From the human T2T-CHM13v2.0 reference genome, Homo sapiens: a stretch of 64,000 bases of DNA. The notes under the pieces were generated by a model. The model searched no databases. It saw only the letters and a list, made by a program, of their open reading frames with translations, and had not been told where the DNA came from. A program made the position numbers and the translations under genes. The stretch lies in assembly GCF_009914755.1 (NCBI RefSeq), contig NC_060927.1; one strand, given 5' to 3'. Within the stretch, counting starts at the first letter, position 1, and every line of letters starts with the position of its first letter. Below, piece after piece: positions 35,758-51,061 of the stretch.

Positions 35758-36048
35758 TTTTTTTGAAGTAGGGCCTCACTCCGTCACCCAGGCTAGAGTG
35801 CAGTGGCACAATCATGGCTCACTGCAACCTTGACCTTCTGGACTCAGGTGATCCTCCCACCTTAGCCTCCAGAGTAGCTGGGACTGCAGGCACACGCCAT
35901 CATGCCCAGCTAATTTTTGTATCTTTTTGTAGAAACAGGGTTTCACTATGTTGTCCAGACTGGTCTAGAACTCCTGGGCTCAAGCAATCTGCCCGTCTCA
36001 GCCTCTCAAAGTGCTGGGATTACAAGTGTGAGCCCCCTGGGCCCTGCC
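35758..36048 (-). mobile_element. Alu SINE, AluJ-like
   Basis: Reverse-complement Alu dimer with J-type features (atcatggctcactgc, ctcctgggctcaagc). Confidence 0.92.
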
Positions 36049-36904
36049 ATTTTTTTTTGAATGATTGAGTAAAGATTAAATTATTATGTTTTCACACTAA
36101 TTAAAATAGTAGATATAGTCATATAATAGTGGCTTCTAAAGGACAAAATGGAAATCTTTCTAGTGGTTCTATATACCAAGAATGTTATACCTGACACATC
36201 ACAACAGAAAGAGAAAGCTCCTTCTCCTTAATTAACTGTTAGAAATGAAACATCTTTTTTAAAAATATTATTTGAAATGTGGAAATATCTATAAAGATAC
36301 AAAATTTGCCTTTACTTGGTAGAGCTATTTACATCTGGAATAGCTATCTTCTAGCATACCTGTGTCTCTAGGGTGTTGTGTAACTGCAGGTGGAATATTC
36401 CAAAGTTAGAACTACTAAAAGAACAAATCAGAAGAGTTCCTAGCAGTAAGAATTAACCTTAAGGAAGCTTAGAAGCATTTGTATGCTTTAGAGCTGTTCC
36501 TGGGGAAAAAAATCATGCATTTTTTATAATGAGCATATTTATGAGCGTACCCCCACCTGCCACCAAGATGTATAAAAATGAGTTAGTAGCTGCAAACTGC
36601 TATTTTAGCAAGTGCTAGAGGAAAATAACAAAAGATCTGTGGTTGTATTGTTAACAGAAGTGAAGAAGCTTCTCTTGTGTCTCTGAACGAAGGGCTAACA
36701 GAAGAGCTTTTGGTTACTAAGATGTATTCTTTCCTGGACTCAGGCTCATTAACGATGGAAGTAGGAGGGATAGCATATAAAGCGGCAGCTGCAGCTGTGG
36801 GCACTCAGATCATTTGTCACCTGGCATGAAGTTAGTGTTGGCCGCTCTGGAGCTCCAGCACAGGACACCAGGGAGCAAATGCCAACTGATTGTTGTTCCT
36901 CACC

Positions 36905-37180
36905 AGCTTGCTGGCTAACTCCTACTCACTCTTCAGATCTCTGCTGAAGTGTTGCTTCCTCCAAGTAGCTTTGCCTGACCTCTCTAGAATGCATTTAGCA
37001 CCTTTCTCTTCACTGTTATGGCCTCATAGTCTCACCCTTGCCATCACACTTACTGCTTGAAGAACTGCCTGCCCTCCTCACTAGGCTCAAGAAAGGCAAG
37101 AGCTGAGTCTTTTCCAACATTGTTCAGTGTCTGTCTTGCATACAGTAGGTGTGTACATATTGATAAGTAGTATCTGTTGC
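36905..37180 (+). mobile_element. L2 LINE 3' fragment
   Basis: ggctaactcctactcactcttcagatctctgct...gcatacagtaggtg. Confidence 0.6.
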
Positions 37181-37349
37181 ATGACGGCTTTATGACTATG
37201 TATAGGCTGTATGGGCTTGGATATCAATAAAGGCGGTATTTGACTCAGTGCCACGTGTGAGCTGAAAGTGACTAAGCTCTCAGTCCTACTGTCCTCATCT
37301 ACTATCTGTGACAATTGTATACCTGCCTCTTAAAAGTAGTTATAGTCCT

Positions 37350-37418
37350 GGATAACAAACCTGCAAATGTACCCTTGAACTTTAAATAAAAGTTTTTAAA
37401 AATAATAAATAATTTTTT
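37350..37418 (+). mobile_element. Severely 5'-truncated L1PA/PB 3' end inserted in a MIR-like element
   Basis: taacaaacctgcaaatgtacccttgaactttaaataaaagtt plus an A-rich tail; AAAAGTAGTT repeated on both sides as a likely TSD. Confidence 0.65.
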
Positions 37419-38034
37419 AAAAAGTAGTTGTTAAGGTTAAATAATGTTTTTTGTAGTAGTGCTATGAAGATTTATTTATGGGATTTCTGAATGTTAACTG
37501 AGTTAATCTTCAAAAAGACAAACATCAGGTTGGTACTATTAGCACGATGCTTTATGTAAGAAATAGAGGCATGGAAAGGTTAGCTTCCTTGCCCAAGGTC
37601 ACAGAGAGAAGAACAACAAAAATAGAAGGCCTTGTAGAGTGACCAGGCCAGAGTAGATATTTGCTAAATGCTGGACTTGGGACTATTGCAATTTTATTTA
37701 GGGAAGGCTGATTCCTGTGTAAATGAGAAATTACACCAAACAGTTAAGAACAGTTTGTTCTCTGGTTTCAGAGCCTTCTGTTGCAGATATTTTCTTTGTA
37801 GAATTCCCATGGAAGCCCAATATGGTTACAGAAAAACTTCTAATGTGTGCAGTCAGAGAGAACCTTTATCTTTATTGAGCGTTATATGGTGTGGGGCATG
37901 TTAGAATCTAAAGAAATCTTTGTAAGAAATATGTTCTTGTTATAGGTCTCAAGATAAAAAAAAGAAGTAAATAATATCATGGCCTGTTTTAACAGTTTGC
38001 AGCATTCCTCATTTATTTTGTTTTATTTATAAAT

Positions 38035-38460
38035 TCTATTTATCTTATAGTGTTTACTTTTTCTCACTATAAAATGCTTTTAGTTGAAAATATGTAATAC
38101 AAACAGCAAAGAAGGAAAAAAAAATTATCCATAATTATTCAACTAAGAGATAGCTACCATTAACATCTTGGCATTTTTTTTTCTGTTTTTTGACAAAATT
38201 ACATGCACATCTGCTTGTATATACGCATCCATTTGTACACACATTTTAATATGAAATTAGATTATACATACATTCTATGTCCCATTTTGTACCTATTATT
38301 TTATCATGCTCTTTAAAAATTATAATTGTCAGTACCAGCATAATATTATCATATATGGCTATATCATAATGTTATTTAGTAGTTTTGCTTCTGTTTAATA
38401 TTCTCCTAATTTTGAAAATTGGTTTAATTCTTTTCAATTTTCACTTATTTGAACAGGCTT
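38035..38460 (-). mobile_element. Ancient L1ME-like fragment
   Basis: tatccataattattcaactaagagatagctaccattaacatcttggca and cataatattatcatatatggctatatcataat resemble the L1ME 3' region. Confidence 0.5.
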
Positions 38461-39069
38461 ACTATGGTGCTTTACATGACAGATGTACCTTCTAAATAAT
38501 CATATTTAGATGATGATGTAACAATATTTGAAAATAATATTTTCAAAGGGGGCAATGCACTTCCATTCAGAGATAAACAGGTCCAAAAAAATTTTAAGAC
38601 AGAATTAATATTTAATGAAATAGCAAGAAATAAATTGGAATGGCAAATGGAAATAGAATAATGTTTTTTGAGAGATCATGGTATGCTATCACCTATGAAG
38701 GTCAGCGTTATAATTACTATTTTACTGTGACTGACTGGGGCTCAAAGGTAATGAATGACAAAATCAGATTGTTTTAGTGGCTCTGCCAGGATTCAAATAT
38801 AAGTCTCACTCCTCAACACTTTATTTTCTTCATTCCACCATGCAGTCTACACAGCATGCTAGCAGTGTTCATAGCTCCACATGACAATTTATTTGAGCCT
38901 CTGTTTCCTCATGTGTAAAATAGAAACAGTAATACTCACCGTGTAGGAGTTTGTGATGGTTAACTTGAATAATATATGGAGATTGAGATCCAAAAGAATT
39001 TATCCTAGGGCTCAATTTTAGCATTGAGGCTCATAGGTATTTCATAAAATATATCCCGAAACTGATAGA

Positions 39070-39238
39070 ATTTCATAATCTCCTGGCAATTGAGGGACTC
39101 TCAGAAGGCTCATTAACAACCCAAATTTCCAGACATGAATCTAGAAGATTTATATCCAGAATCTGAAGTAGGTCACTGCCTTTGTTTTTAACAAATCCCT
39201 TTGGTAATTTTGATAACATTTTAAATGGCAACCACAGA
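39070..39238. mobile_element. Degenerate MER5B-like element
   Basis: Resembles the MER5 core and ends ttttaacaaatccctttggtaattttgat...ggcaaccacag. Confidence 0.45.
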
Positions 39239-42200
39239 TATAGGCAACTAGCAAAATGATGCTGAAGAGAGGATGAAAAGTTTAAGATGAGACATGAAAC
39301 TTTGGCAGTCACTGGTTCAAAGTAGATGGAGCTTCCTGTGGGATAGTATGGCTGGAAACTGTGGGGATGTAAAAACAACTCAGGGTTTGAAGGCTTCATT
39401 TTCTCAGGTAATTTGAAATATGAAACACATTCAAGGCACTTGAAATTAAAAGCAAAAATAATGCTAAGTCGACTGAACAGAAATGGCAGACAGCAAGGTT
39501 TTGCCAAAGTAGAATATCCTTTAAAGTGTGTTGATTATGAAGGTAAATGCATGGAATGTGTGATGCTTGTGGATCCTAATCATGTATACACTACTTAAAC
39601 TAAGAAACCTGATCTGAATTTTCTGTTTGACTTTTTTATTTTTAAGGAGGATATCTTAGAATTAGTTCTTCCCTTCTCTGTATTTCCATAGAATTTTTTC
39701 TAGCCTTTAATACTGAATAGCAATTGATAAAATTGATTTTTCCTATGACAAAAGGAGCTTCCAGAGAATGAGTCCTAATTCATTCAAGAATGATGCTCAA
39801 AAGCAACTTTTCAGTGAATTTTTCAACCCACATTTTCATTATTTTAAATAGTTGACGGAACATCTTGTAACTTTAAGAAAGTTCTCTACAGGAGATGTGC
39901 ACTATATTATTTAATTAAAATGATTACCAAAGATTTTAGAACATTTGTTCTTTTTGTATTGCGGTTATTTGACGTGAATTCCTAAAGAGTGTACTAAAGA
40001 AAACATTCTCTAATATTTGAGACCAATGTTCTCTAAAACTGTGTTTTTGTCAGGAATTAATAAGCTGCCTGACGTTAATATCGTTAAAATTATAATTGAT
40101 GGTATTACATTTCCTGGTGTACCTTCTGCTACAGAAATATTTCGAGTTGTGCCAACTAATTTTCTGGGCCTGTTACTGAATAATAAACATAGTGGAGACT
40201 AGATATTTTGACTTGCATTTTCTGGTTAAATCTAACCTTGAAGTACTCTATAGTTGGATTTTTGTATTGGTCCTTAACATATAATCTTACAATCTTAGGG
40301 GGCTAAAGGAGAGCTTGAAAAGTGATTTTCAGGAAGAAAGGAGAATCTCTACAATTTCAAAGCACTTTCAAAAAAGCCATGTCACAACTTCTCTTGCTAA
40401 CCTATCCCCATATCAGTTACCTGCATTGTTGTGAGATTCTTTATTAAACCCTTCCCTGAATACTTCCTGTTGCTATATAAGCTCACATCTTCATGCTTGA
40501 TCTTAGTGGAAACAGAAAACTGGTCCACTGACCTTTTAATACATGTCATTTAGATATTAGGAGATTGTTATTGAAATCTCTCCCTCAATAAATACTGCAG
40601 ACACCTTATGCACCTAGTCCATGCTCTTTTGATGAGTTCCTTCTGCAGGGCAGGGCGCTGTGTACTTCACATGCAGGGAGCTACAAGAGGGCCTTTTCTA
40701 GGCCTCCTTGCCTTCTTCCTTCTAGTTTTTAAAATCATTTTCCCTAGTTTTGTAATTTATCTAAATTGGCTATTTTTTTTAAATTCTCTGCTTGACTTTT
40801 TCCACTGGCCTTTTCACCTTCTACACTTGACCGTTCACATTCAGAAACAACAACAAAAAAATGGTGGTTGAATCCTGAAGAAGGATTGAAGGTATACACC
40901 TTACAGTATAATTTTGTATGTACATGATTTTATGTATACATTTCAGACACCTATCATCATTGTCCCGTAGGCATGTACTATTCAAGTGCAAAGTTTTATA
41001 CCAAATATTAAGTGGATTTATCAATAATGCAAAACAGTAAACCTTGCCCTTGAGGAATGCCTGTATTGAAGAGTAACAATCACATTACCACCCACTTATT
41101 GTGTATTGAATCCTGATCATCCTGATGGCAGGTAACATTATGAATATACTAGCATTAAGTAAAAAGATTATCTGACTAAATGATGATCATTTTACCTTAT
41201 TTCTGAGTAATTACTTTTTGTTAAGGACCTCTTCTATCCTTTTAGTTTAGAAATGTAACCTGATGTCTCTTCCTTCAATTTATACTTCAGTAACTTAACC
41301 ATAATTTTGCACCATCTAGTGAGTTTTCCATGTTTCTTCTCTCATTCTTATCATTTAGTAAGTCATCTTCTCTTCTGGCATATTTATGGATTTTTAGGAT
41401 GGTAAGTTTGCTGGAGTCTCATTGATTGCTACTTTCTATGCAGAATCTTTTAGTCAGTGTCAAAGGGAGATTATTATATGGGTATCTCACACACAGGAAA
41501 TTAGATTCACTATAGACCAGCTATGGTGGATTTGCTATATTAGATTAGATTAAATTAGATTCGCTGTAGACTTTTTCATGAACTGTTTTCAAATCTGTAC
41601 TCATTTATTCAGCATGAGTGCAAATCATTATGATAAATTATTCAAAGTACATTTATAATTTTATACATCAATTTGAGAAACTTTTAATATTTACTGTTAC
41701 ATTTTCAGAATCAATAATTTTCTGCTTTTCACATATATTTTTAAATTGTTTCAATCTTTCATGTTGAAATGTTTCTGGAAGATAAAACTGGAGAATCACC
41801 CTAGCTTTTGTTTGTCAGTACTGCAATATTGGGCAAGTTACAAATGGCTAAACAGATTATATATTGAGTTTGTGAGACATAAAAAAATTTTACCCATAAG
41901 AAAAGGATGCTATCTGTCTGATTTGATGATCTACATAACATTGGGAAGAATAATACAAATCTGTATTTGTATAATTATTAGGCTAGAGATCAGAAAATGA
42001 AGCTGTGCAAATCAGTTGGCTGTATTTTTAACTTTCATTTGTGACTGATAAGCATACTGCAGAGCTTGAGAAATTACTCTGCTTAATTTTGCCTAAAACA
42101 GTACTTAAGTAGATCCATTACTGATTTGGATTTTATAATAAAAAGAACTGTTAAGGAGACAATTTTTGTTTGGCAGGTTGGAAATGAAATGTTCCAAACT

Positions 42201-43399
42201 TTCCTTGTGCAACAGTTTCTTAGGCTCTGGTAAGAAATTAGATTATGTCAAAACTAGTTAATTACAAAGATAAATGTGAAATGCAGGAGATTGATGAAAA
42301 CAAAACAATTTCAGCCAAAGTTCAGGAATTTTTTTTTTAATTCAGTGATAGCACAGATATCTTAACTGATGTCTGGGCTCCATTTCATTTACTTACTAGC
42401 CCAAATGTCAGCAATGTATGCATTAAGGTTGGTTTTCAGATATTAACTCTAAATAGTATTCATCAATTATACTCTTGAAGCAAACATAAAGCCCTTTATA
42501 GCAGAAGGGTCTTTATTCCCCCTTTTCTCCAATTTTTATTTTGTTATTATGTGTTTATTTCTATCAAAATCCTCCCTTATTTTCATCGTTTTCATATTCT
42601 ACCCCACACCTGGACTAAGTTGGAGTAAAGAGATCCCTGAGTTAAGAATGCCAGTAAGATCAGAACACTATGAGAATAAGGTGGTGATAGTGGGATAGGG
42701 AAAGCAGCTGAAAGGGTTTATTTGTATTCCAAAATACATGCATCTGCACCTGCAAGAAGACTTTTGCCATCACAGTCAACTCTTTATTATTTAGAGAACT
42801 CTCTGCTTTGTGGAGATTTGGCTGTAACCCCAGACTTGCTTCCCTGGAACACCTAACTTTGTTTTTTTGCTGCCAACAGCATGGTCTCCTTAGGAAGGAT
42901 TCGGCTTAAACGTGGAGAGGAAGACTGAGTGTCTGTGTGTATGACTGGGTATAAATCAATCAAAATTCCAAAGGCAAATTTAAAAGATTTGGGTGCATTA
43001 TTTTGTGCACATGCCTCTTTTTCTACCTTATTGAAAATAATTTCAATACTTGTATACTTTTAATATGTTCAGTGCAGTGCAGTGCATGCTCAAATCTATT
43101 TCATGTGGTCTTTCTTAACTTCATACTTAACATTTAAACATCTGTATGTTTAATGATTTTACCCTGGCTACAGGCATTAGTCAAACATTTGTTTTCCTTT
43201 CTGTGCTATCATCAAAGGACTATTACATTTTTAATCTTCCCTGAAGAAGTTGTAACACTCCATTAGAAAATGGTAACAAACACAATGATACTCCCACTCC
43301 ATCTTCCATTGCAATTCAAAGCTTGAACATTTATTCACTGGACAAAAGAGGTTTACCTATAGTTTCTGCATGGGATAATGAGACAATTGCTTTTTTGTT

Positions 43400-44140
43400 T
43401 TAAAAATATAATCCTGGCAACGATGTGAAAGATGAGTTTGAAATAAAAATCTTATTGGTAGAAAGTGTGGGACCAAACTGTCAGTGGCAGCAGTAATGAA
43501 AAGGCGGGTGTGGATTTAGAAATACATTTTAGAAGTAGATAAATAGAATCTGGCATTAAGAGATGAGGGAAAGTAAGGAGTTAAGGATAACTCTGAGATT
43601 TCTAACTCATGTAGTTGGCTACCTAACAGTGGCATTCGTCATAGTAATTTATAGCAACTAAGCTTTATTGAAGGGATGACTGGGATTTTAAGGGAGAAGC
43701 AGGAGAGTGGAGTGGAGATCATGTGTTTGGAGTTTGTCATGCTGAGTTTGTTACCTGTTGGACATACATGTAGAGCAGTGTTTGTCAATCTTGGTCATAT
43801 TGACACATTGAGATGGATAATGCCTTTTTGGGGGTGGGGGGTTATTTTGTACATTGTAGGATTCTTAACAATGTTTATGGACTGTACTCACCAGATGTCA
43901 GTAGTACCTCTCTCAGTTGTGCCAACCAAAAAATATCTCCAGATTTTTCCAAGTCTGCCCTGAAGCAGGGACAAAATTGCACCCAACTGAGAACCACTGG
44001 TATAGAGACAACAAAGAAGATATTGATGTTGTGTGTCTAGAATTTAGGAGACAGACAAGGCTTGAAATCAATATTAGACTCATCAGTAGCGGCAACCTAA
44101 GCAATGTGAATATATGAGATTCTGCAGGGGAAGAATGTAG
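43400..44140 (-). mobile_element. L2 LINE fragment (split by MER20)
   Basis: gtggatttagaaatacattttagaagtaga...gatgagggaaagtaaggagttaaggataactctgagatttcta. Confidence 0.65.
43776..43999. mobile_element. MER20 (hAT-Charlie) DNA transposon nested in L2
   Basis: CAGTG...CACTG termini, 224 bp, internal caccagatgtcagtagtacc...ccaaaaaatatctccaga, degenerate 8-bp TSD atgtagag/gtatagag. Confidence 0.85.
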
Positions 44141-45987
44141 ATGATTATATGTTATCTAATTTTTTATTGAACAGGTCTGGAGACTGAAAATTCCTAATCA
44201 CATGAGATAGATTGAGTCAGCTCATCTTATGTTTGAATACTTTCAAATGTTGTATGTTATTATTGTTGTTATATACTGTTACATATCAGCCAAATTGCTT
44301 GTATTGAGCCACAATTCATTTTTCCATAATAGTATTTCTTTTGTCCTAATTTTGCTTTTGTGGAACAGAAAACATGCATATCAGGACAAATAGAATTCTT
44401 TCTAAATCCCTCCACATATTTTAATGTAACTATTAAATTAATTTTTAAAATTCAATATTCTTATGCCCTGACTAAATATCTTTATAATTTTCAACCTTCT
44501 TTTATATGTTATATTTTGACATTTCTTGCATCATGAGTACTTCCTATTGAACTGCAGCCATTTTACATATTCTTAAGGTATGGAGAAGAGAAATGAACAA
44601 ACTCAATGTATGACTTCTAGTTTAGAGGAAAACGGGCCGTCAATTTCCACAGTTTGGTCATAGTATTTTTTGGTCATAGTTATTATTGCGTTAGCTTCTT
44701 TGTCAGCCAGATGATGCTATTGTCTCTTATAGCTTGTTGTTTTTATTTTGCATGAACTTTCTGTTAATATTTCATATCATGTATTAGCAATTTTTTAAAA
44801 ACTCATTTCACATATCATATCTTATATTAGTGATTTTTAAAAAATCCAAAATGTGAAAATTTATATTCATCCTTTTAAAAGTATACCCTTCTTTGGCTTA
44901 GCCAATCATTTCAACCTGCTTGATCCTTTTGGACTATGATTTCATCATGCAACATATTTGTTATTTCTACCAGTTTTATGCCATCTACACAGTTATCAGT
45001 CATATTTATCCAAGTCATTAGTAAAAATGTGAGCAGGTCAGGTTCAGAGATAATGGAATTATGTAGTGCTATGGATTTTCTCTTCAGTGCTTTCCCCAGC
45101 TCCCTTTTGCTTAAAGGTCTTTTTATTTTCATAGAGTGCTATAGAAACAAGACTTACGTACATTATTTTCCACCTTTCCCAGATAAAACCTTCAAATATA
45201 ATCCTACCACAAGATATGGCAAGGTAAATTATATTTCATTTGTTGGATTCCATTTACAGGAAAAATGATTGCTGAGTGATAAAATAATGTTAAGTGATAA
45301 AAACAGGATACAGATTTGAATATAAAATATGACTATATATAGTAGATGTAGATCTAGGTATAGACCTAACTATCGATATAGAGAACACCAAAATCTCAGT
45401 TTTAACACCAAAATGATAGTTTTCTTTAAAATGGTAATTATGATTGATGCCTTTTTCTATCACATTTTATAGTATCAAAATGTTATGTAATGTATTTGTC
45501 ATTTTAAATGCAGAAAATAATAAAATATACTTATATAATTTTAAATCAACAATATTTAAAACAGAATCTGCAAATAAATGCATGGATTCCTGATGACCAG
45601 TATTTGAGGAAAAGGCCTAAATGAGCTTTAGTGACAAGAGAAATCTTCCTAAGGAAGCCACAGGTTTTCAATATTTTCTAAGAAGAAGGAGAGTTGAAGT
45701 TGCATCATATTTTTCCATCACCAACACCCTACCCTGATTGAAAAATCTCTTAAGAGATAACAGATGTGGGTGGATAGGCCAGAAACAGCTGTCAGATGGG
45801 GAAACATATTTGTCTGTTTTTCTCAACAGCATTGTTATAAAGATCGAGTGAGATGGATAAATGTGAAAATTGGTGGATAAAGTGGTTAACAGTACTATTC
45901 AAGGGTATCGATGAAAAGGAGTTTAAGTTATAATTACTATTTTGAAAGAGTATTGTGTTTTATTAATATATAATAGAATGTTTGACT

Positions 45988-46311
45988 GGCCAGGCACGGT
46001 GGCCCAACACCTGTAATCCTAGCACTTTGGGAGGCCAAGGCAGGCGGATCACCTGAGGTCAGGAGTTCGAGACCAGCCTGGCCAAGATGGTGAAACCCCC
46101 ACCTCTACTAAAAATACAAAAATTAGCCGGGCGTGGTGGTAGGCCCCTGTAATCCTAGCTGCAGGCTAGGCTTCCCTCTAGGGGGACTGAGGCAGGAGAA
46201 TCACTTGAACCCAGGAGGTGGAGGTTGCAGTGAGCCTAGGTCGCGCCATTGCACTCCAGCCTGGGCGACAAGAGCAAGACTCCATCTCAAAAAAAAAAAA
46301 AAAAAAAAAAA
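45988..46311 (+). mobile_element. Alu SINE, AluS (Sq-like), with 13-bp TSD
   Basis: Full dimer with poly-A; TSD AGAATGTTTGACT at 45975-45987 and 46312-46324. Confidence 0.96.
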
Positions 46312-47650
46312 AGAATGTTTGACTACTTTTCTGCAAAAGTCCCTTGAAGCCAAATACCATGTCTTTTTAAACTACGTAGCTCCCAATGCCTAACACAGAA
46401 CCTCATGCCTATGAGTAAATATCTTTGCAATAAGTAGAGAATGAATTACATTGCTGGCAATATTTTCAAAATAATAGTGACTTTTTATTAACATAAGAGA
46501 AATGGAATAATAAATAGTGTCATAATAAATTAGCAAGTACTAATGCTGTTATCGTGCCAAATTGATATAACAGATGATCCATCTATATTATTAGTGACTA
46601 ATAACAGCATTTGAATTCCTCCTGTTTCTGTTTCCTAATTTTAGGCACTCAGATTTTATGCTTGGCCCTATTGTCTCTATACTTTTATAATTTTGATTGT
46701 ATTCGTGCATCTGGTCTCTAATATCTTCTCTGTGCTCATTACTTAAATAAGTCGACTATTTCCAGTCCTTCATGTCTGACTGCTGAACATATTTTCTTGC
46801 TGTCTTCATATCTACTCAAATTTAGCCTATATAAAACCTAACCTATATTCCATTGCCCTTCCCTGATCACCCAAGTTCTGAAATACACATACAACACTGC
46901 TACTTTTTGAGGTTTCTTTTTTGTTAAGGGCATCTGTCTTTCCCAGTCACTCATACTAGAGCCCTTGTTCTTCCCGGTCCACTTTCCCCATCATTTATAT
47001 TCATCAATAATAAAAAGTTTTTAAATCTTAATGCTTCCATCTCCAGTGATATCTCTAGAGCCTATATTTGTTATTTAATTCTGAGACCCCATAGTTCAGG
47101 CTTTCATAATCATTCATTTAACCGTCACAATTCTCTCTTGTAGCTATCAGATCAGGATAACTCTTGTGTTCGTTTGCCTCAGTTCAAAATCCTTTAATGA
47201 CTACCACTTTATCTACTAACTTTAGTTATATTATTAAGGTCCTATGAACATCATTTGAAAATATTAACTTTTCAAAATATTCTAAGCGTCAACCTTATAT
47301 AGTGTGATTTCACAACTTCGGGGTTCTACCTAAAACAGGTGTTTGACTTTCTTTTCCATGTAATATTCTTTGTGTATTAAACCCACTGAAAGAAGGGAGC
47401 AGATGTTCACAAAGAGGGAATTTGGATTAGAATCTCAAACTCTTGGACACAACTAGTGTCCTCATGCTAGAATGGGAGACGTACACCCACCAGTGTAGAA
47501 TGAAAAACTAACTTTACTTCAACACCCAGGAAATGTGAGATAATCCTGTGAATGGTGTGCAATGGCTACAAGTCTTGGCTCAGTGATCTATGGTCCTATT
47601 CAGGAAATTTCTAAGGAGAGCCAGTTGTATCTACCTTACCATTTATTTCA

Positions 47651-48019
<369 letters not shown>

Positions 48020-48814
48020 AAATAAATGTGGAATCAAGTGAGATGAGGTTAGAAATATTTCTGGAATAAGGAAGTCTTGAATACTATGTAGAAAGACAGA
48101 AAGGATGCTCTTTCTCAGAGAAGTGTAGTAAGAACCACTATCCAGAGACAGCAGTGCATTGGGTGGTTCCTTAGCAAGAAATAATGAATTAGTGGCAAGT
48201 AGATTAACAAAGGAGGACTTAAGCTGGTATAAATTTGATGAAAAGGAATGCAAAGTTATGAAGACAGCTATAAAGTATCAGGATAGCAGAACAGTAATTT
48301 TGTAATTGATCCAAAGACATTAATTTCATGTTGCTGGTCACATGTCACATTTAAAAGGGAAAAAAGAAGTTTCTTAATATGAAAGATGTTTTTCCATTAT
48401 TAAGTATGACTCCAAAGAAATACTGACTAAAGAAACAAAAAGTTGTGCATTTTTTTTGTTTTTAATGATGCCTGCAGACTTTAAAATAGAATTTAGGGAT
48501 TAATATTTCAATGCAAATGCCTATCTTTAAAAGCCCAAAGTGCTAATACTATTAAATCATTTATCTATACATTTCTAATTTTTTAAAAGTAAGCTAAATC
48601 ACACATTAAATATAAAAGCATATTTTCTTCTTCAGAAACAATAAGTGAAAAATTACCAAATATTTAAAGAATAATTTTGGAGATGAAAAAGAGATAATGC
48701 TAAGCATTAGTTTACATTAAATCATTTAAATGAAAAGATATTTATAATGTTTATCTGAAGCAGATATTAATGCAGTAGGTGATTTTGAGTATTCCATTTA
48801 AAAGTTGTCTTTGC

Positions 48815-49148
<334 letters not shown>

Positions 49149-49972
49149 CTATTCTAGTTTGTGCTTCATTTAGTGGAAAAATCAGATTCTGAGAATCAGA
49201 GATTTTGCCTCTACTATATTCTTGCTATGCTGTCTTGATCTCGTCTTTCTAGAGTTGCTCAGAGACTTGAAGTGCTCACCAATATCTGGTATGAAGTTAT
49301 GATTGTCTTTTTTCTACCCCATTCCTTTAATTCTCATTTTACTTCTCCACTCCCCAAGAATGAATCTCTTCAAAAATGAACTAAGAATGGTTTAGCAACA
49401 AGCCTTACAAGGTATAATCTGTACATTTAAAGGCTATGTGGATTTGAATCTACTCCAACTAGTAGTCCACCTTTACTTAGAATATGAGCTGTCATTCTCT
49501 CTCACATCATTTCTTCAATCCATGGTTTGAAACAAACAGGAAGCTCCAGCCAGAATGCATAAGGAAACAGTTTTTGTAATCTTGAAACAAAGTTCCCACC
49601 CAAGGAATTCTCTCTGTGCTCTGCATGGGATTAAGAGTTGGAGGGAAGTCTCAGTGACTCATTTGCCTTAGTTGTGTTAAAGCACACTTATGAAATTCAC
49701 AATTCAAGATTAACCTGAAAGAGAGGTGATTTCTTGATCATTCATTATTATTTTTTTCACTTTAAATCCCTGAAATGTTGACAGAAAATGCCAGAAGAGA
49801 ATAAAACTTTTATAGTGGAGAACACATTAACTACCTTATTAATTGATGAAGCGTTGAACCACAAAGCAGGGGTAGGCTGTATAAAAAGATGTGTTGTATA
49901 GATGCCAGAGAGCCTCTTAGTAAGACCACCTGTCTGCCAACACACTGTTGAAAATAATACTAGACAACTTAA

Positions 49973-50087
49973 ACTTCTCTTTTTCTTCCTCCTCCTCTTC
50001 CTCATCCTCCTATTTCTTTTCCTCCTCCTCCTCCTCCTGTTCCTCCTTCTTCTCCTCTTTCTTTTCTCCTTCTTCTCCTTTCCTTCC
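49973..50087. repeat. CT-rich low-complexity (CCT/CTT)n tract
   Basis: About 115 bp, almost purely pyrimidine. Confidence 0.9.
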
Positions 50088-50616
50088 AGTGTTAATTTTG
50101 AGTAGGCATGAACAAAACCAGGAATTTTATCATTTATATGATTATATGAAGATATTTCAAGCAGTATAATCTAATTTTGTATATAAAGACATACTCCCAC
50201 ATGGCTTCAGTGAATGACAGTTGTATTCCATTGTAAAATGATTTCTATTTTTTCATGTTAAGTATTTCTCCTGAAGCCCTGTAATCAGTGAACTCCATTC
50301 CTTTTTAACGCTTGAGTCTACTGTACTTTAAAAGGTTAAATTAAAAGAAAGACAATTCTGCAATAACATCCCACATCCTTTATTCTACTTGGCATTTCAA
50401 CTTTAAAAATGAATTACAGCAATGACTTTCTGAGCAACATTGAATGGATATGAAAAATAGGTTTTGAGCATTTCATTTTAAAAATTTGATTTATTTTTAT
50501 TCTTTTTGAGAGTGTCTTTTGAATGATTTGTTTTACAAAGTTACTACTACTTTAAATGATATGATAGAGCTTTCAAGTATCCTATTTTAACTGGACATCC
50601 AGATTTAATAGCTTAC

Positions 50617-50788
50617 ACACTGGTTCTCAAGGTGAGGTCCCTGGACCTCATGAGTATCACCTGGGAACCTACTTGAAATGAAAATTTTCAGGCTCCACCC
50701 CCAGACATACTGAATCTGAACCGCTTGGGGGAGAAGTCCAGCAGTCTCTTTTAATAAGCCCTCTTGGTGAATCTGATGCAGCTCAAAT
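50617..50788. mobile_element. MER5A (hAT-Charlie) element
   Basis: ggttctcaag...atcacctgggaacct...caggctccacccccagacatactgaatctgaa...ggtgaatctgatgca. Confidence 0.8.
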
Positions 50789-51061
50789 AGAATGACTAAT
50801 TTATTGCATTAGACACAGGGAATGGATATAAATTAATATAAAATTGTATAAAGAGGGCTTTGATTAAGAATGACATAATTTTTTCTTCTAAATTTCTGTT
50901 GTTTTAATTTGTTTTAGTCAATTTTCTCTCTGCCCATAACTTCCTCTTGTTTCTCACATTACCAATAGTATCCTGAGTTAGAAATTTTAACAGTGAATCT
51001 TTTCTCCTGGGTTTTCTTTTGTTCTCTTCCTGAACTTATATTGTTTTCAAAAGTGACAAAT

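Noticed and set aside
49757-50169. Poly-Leu/Phe and poly-Ser ORFs resembling TM or low-complexity proteins
   Set aside because: Artefacts of the CT-rich simple repeat.
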